A stretch of 64,000 bases of DNA, taken from NCBI RefSeq assembly GCF_036321535.1, contig NC_087436.1, positions 112,098,001 through 112,162,000 on the forward strand. The letters are read 5' to 3'. The notes under the pieces were generated by a model. The model did not search any database. It was not told where the DNA came from and was given only the letters and a program-made list of their open reading frames with translations. This stretch comes from Camelus dromedarius (lineage: Eukaryota). Position 1 is the stretch's first letter. Each line of letters opens with the position of its first letter. This document shows, in pieces, positions 62,388-64,000 of this stretch. The position numbers and the translations under genes were made by a program.

Positions 62388-63175
62388 AAAATGCTACCCT
62401 GTCACTCATCACTCTATCAAGGAGTTTCTGAGCCTCAGAAACTCTGCTATGTTTCATTAATAATACATATTTTTCTTGGAAAGAATTACTTGGGTTCCCC
62501 AAGACCTGACCCTTTATGCAAGCAGGATTTGTCATTGCTGATAAGATGGGATTCAAGGGATATACTCTGCACTTGCCTCTATCTTCCACATGTCAGTAAC
62601 CGATACTTGTGCCCTTGGGTTAAGCATTGCCCCCTGACATTTCTCTTTGGAAATGAAATTTTCCTCTGATTGGGCAACCTTGTAGTAATGCATACTTAAA
62701 CAGGAATACTTTCACTAGATACCTTCGCCCAGAGTAGGATCAGCAAGATTAGAACAGAGCTCTAACTCCGATGGTAGAAGGGCGATGAAAGAGGAGGGAA
62801 AAGGAGGTGAAAGGGCACCAGTTTTGTGGGGGACACTCTGTGCCAGGAGTCTTAGACACAGCATCGCTATGAGATAGGTTTTGTCTCATATTTACAAGAA
62901 ACAGGCTCATGAAGTTTCAGTAGTAACTAGTCAAGTTACAACAGCTCACGGCTGGTGAGCAGCTGTGCTGTCTTTTGCCCTGCCCTCAACCCAGATCCAG
63001 AGCTCATACCTGTCTCAGTTCTCCGCGAATACATCATTTGTGTCACACCTTTGTCGAGCTCCAGCGCCACCCCTGGGTGGTCAGGGAGACCGCGCTGAGT
63101 GGCTGACATGTGAGTTATAAAAATGTGGTGATCACAAAGTCCGTAACAACTGAGCCTGTTTTTTGTCACTTCCAG

Positions 63176-63298
63176 GTGTGTACAGAAGGCAGGCTGATCT
63201 TGGAGTTCACCTTTGATGATCTCATGAGAATAAAAACCTGGCACTTTACCATTAGACAATACAGAGAGTTAGTCCCAAGAAGCATTCTAGCCATGCAT
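63176..63298 (+). CDS. LDB2: LDB2 internal coding exon (likely exon 4)
   Basis: Encodes VCTEGRLILEFTFDDLMRIKTWHFTIRQYRELVPRSILAMH and joins in frame to ...PMFTK. Acceptor ttttttgtcacttccag ends at 63175, donor CAT|GTAAGT. 123 nt, phase 0-0. Confidence 0.98.
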
Positions 63299-64000
63299 GT
63301 AAGTAACAATTTCTATTTAACTTTTTTTCCTTTTAGCCCCTCATTTTACTCAAAAAGAACAAACCCTGTTCCCTGGCTGTGAAAGAACTCCTGTAGTCTT
63401 TACATTTTAGGTAATTAACTCTAAATTTTGAGTTTTTCCCTCAATTGTTTGTATTCACATGCCCTTTCTTTTCTCCTTTGTTTCTGAGTTTGGTGCATTG
63501 TGAGACTTTTTTTTTTAATACTTTATTATTTTAAACTCCAAATTGAGGTTACCTCAATAAACAGTTTGTACTTTTCTTAAATTCCATTCAGTCATTATCA
63601 AGTACTGCTCTGCCTGGGCTAATAAAGCTGTTATGTATAAGTGGGGGAAAGAAATAAAACACGAAGTAAGAAAAACAGTTTCCAGTTTTGATTAGAACCA
63701 TCTGACAAGACGTGGGGCACATGGACCTCAGATCTCTGTCCATTCCTTTCCTAACTACTGCATTGGAAACAAATGGAATATCTGGGGTCCTCTTGGCTTC
63801 ATTTGGCCATAAATCACATCGAATTTATTGATCCCCAGCTGAGTGCAAAGGTGGAGTTGATGCCAATCTAGAGAGATGTTTTAAAGGTAGGACTTGATAG
63901 GAACTCGTCAGGTCAGTCCCTTAAGGAGTTAAAAGGTATCGACTTAAATAAATCCCTCTTCCAGAATGCACGATGCCACAGTTTCTACAAAAACACTTTG

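Larger units (their letters stand above)
55757..63175 (+). other. LDB2: LDB2 GT-AG intron, 7,419 bp, phase 0
   Basis: GT at 55757 and AG at 63174-63175; the flanking exons join in frame. Confidence 0.95.

Noticed and set aside
1..64000. A previously undescribed multi-gene or defence-type system
   Set aside because: All coding signal is explained by two LDB2 exons and L1 remnants. I recognised no processed pseudogene, NUMT, viral gene or structured RNA gene, although an Rfam or BLAST search could reveal weak ones.

Overview
This is mammalian genomic DNA, almost certainly from a camelid (alpaca or camel), judged by three tRNA-derived Vic-1-type SINEs and the absence of recognisable Alu, B1, Bov-A2 or PRE1 elements. 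The whole window lies inside LDB2 (LIM domain-binding 2) on the + strand. It holds the last ~55.6 kb of a very long phase-1 intron, a 173-nt coding exon (55584-55756), a 7,419-bp intron, a 123-nt coding exon (63176-63298) and the start of the next intron. From my recall of the human gene these are exons 3 and 4, in the dimerisation domain. The rest is intron sequence with MIR, L2, L1, MaLR (MLT1), hAT-Charlie, a MER41-like ERV1 solo LTR and microsatellites. I see no support for a new protein-coding system; the other ORFs in the track are chance ORFs or repeat-derived. The best leads are untested inferences: a candidate recursive splice site (49660/49661), a candidate 68-nt poison exon (32194-32261), a perfect palindrome of two TAATTA homeodomain sites (12234-12254) that might indicate LIM-HD/LDB autoregulation, an RFX/E-box motif cluster, and several readable retrotransposition events. 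Repeat subfamily names come from memory of consensus sequences. Repeat boundaries without a target-site duplication (TSD) are approximate.
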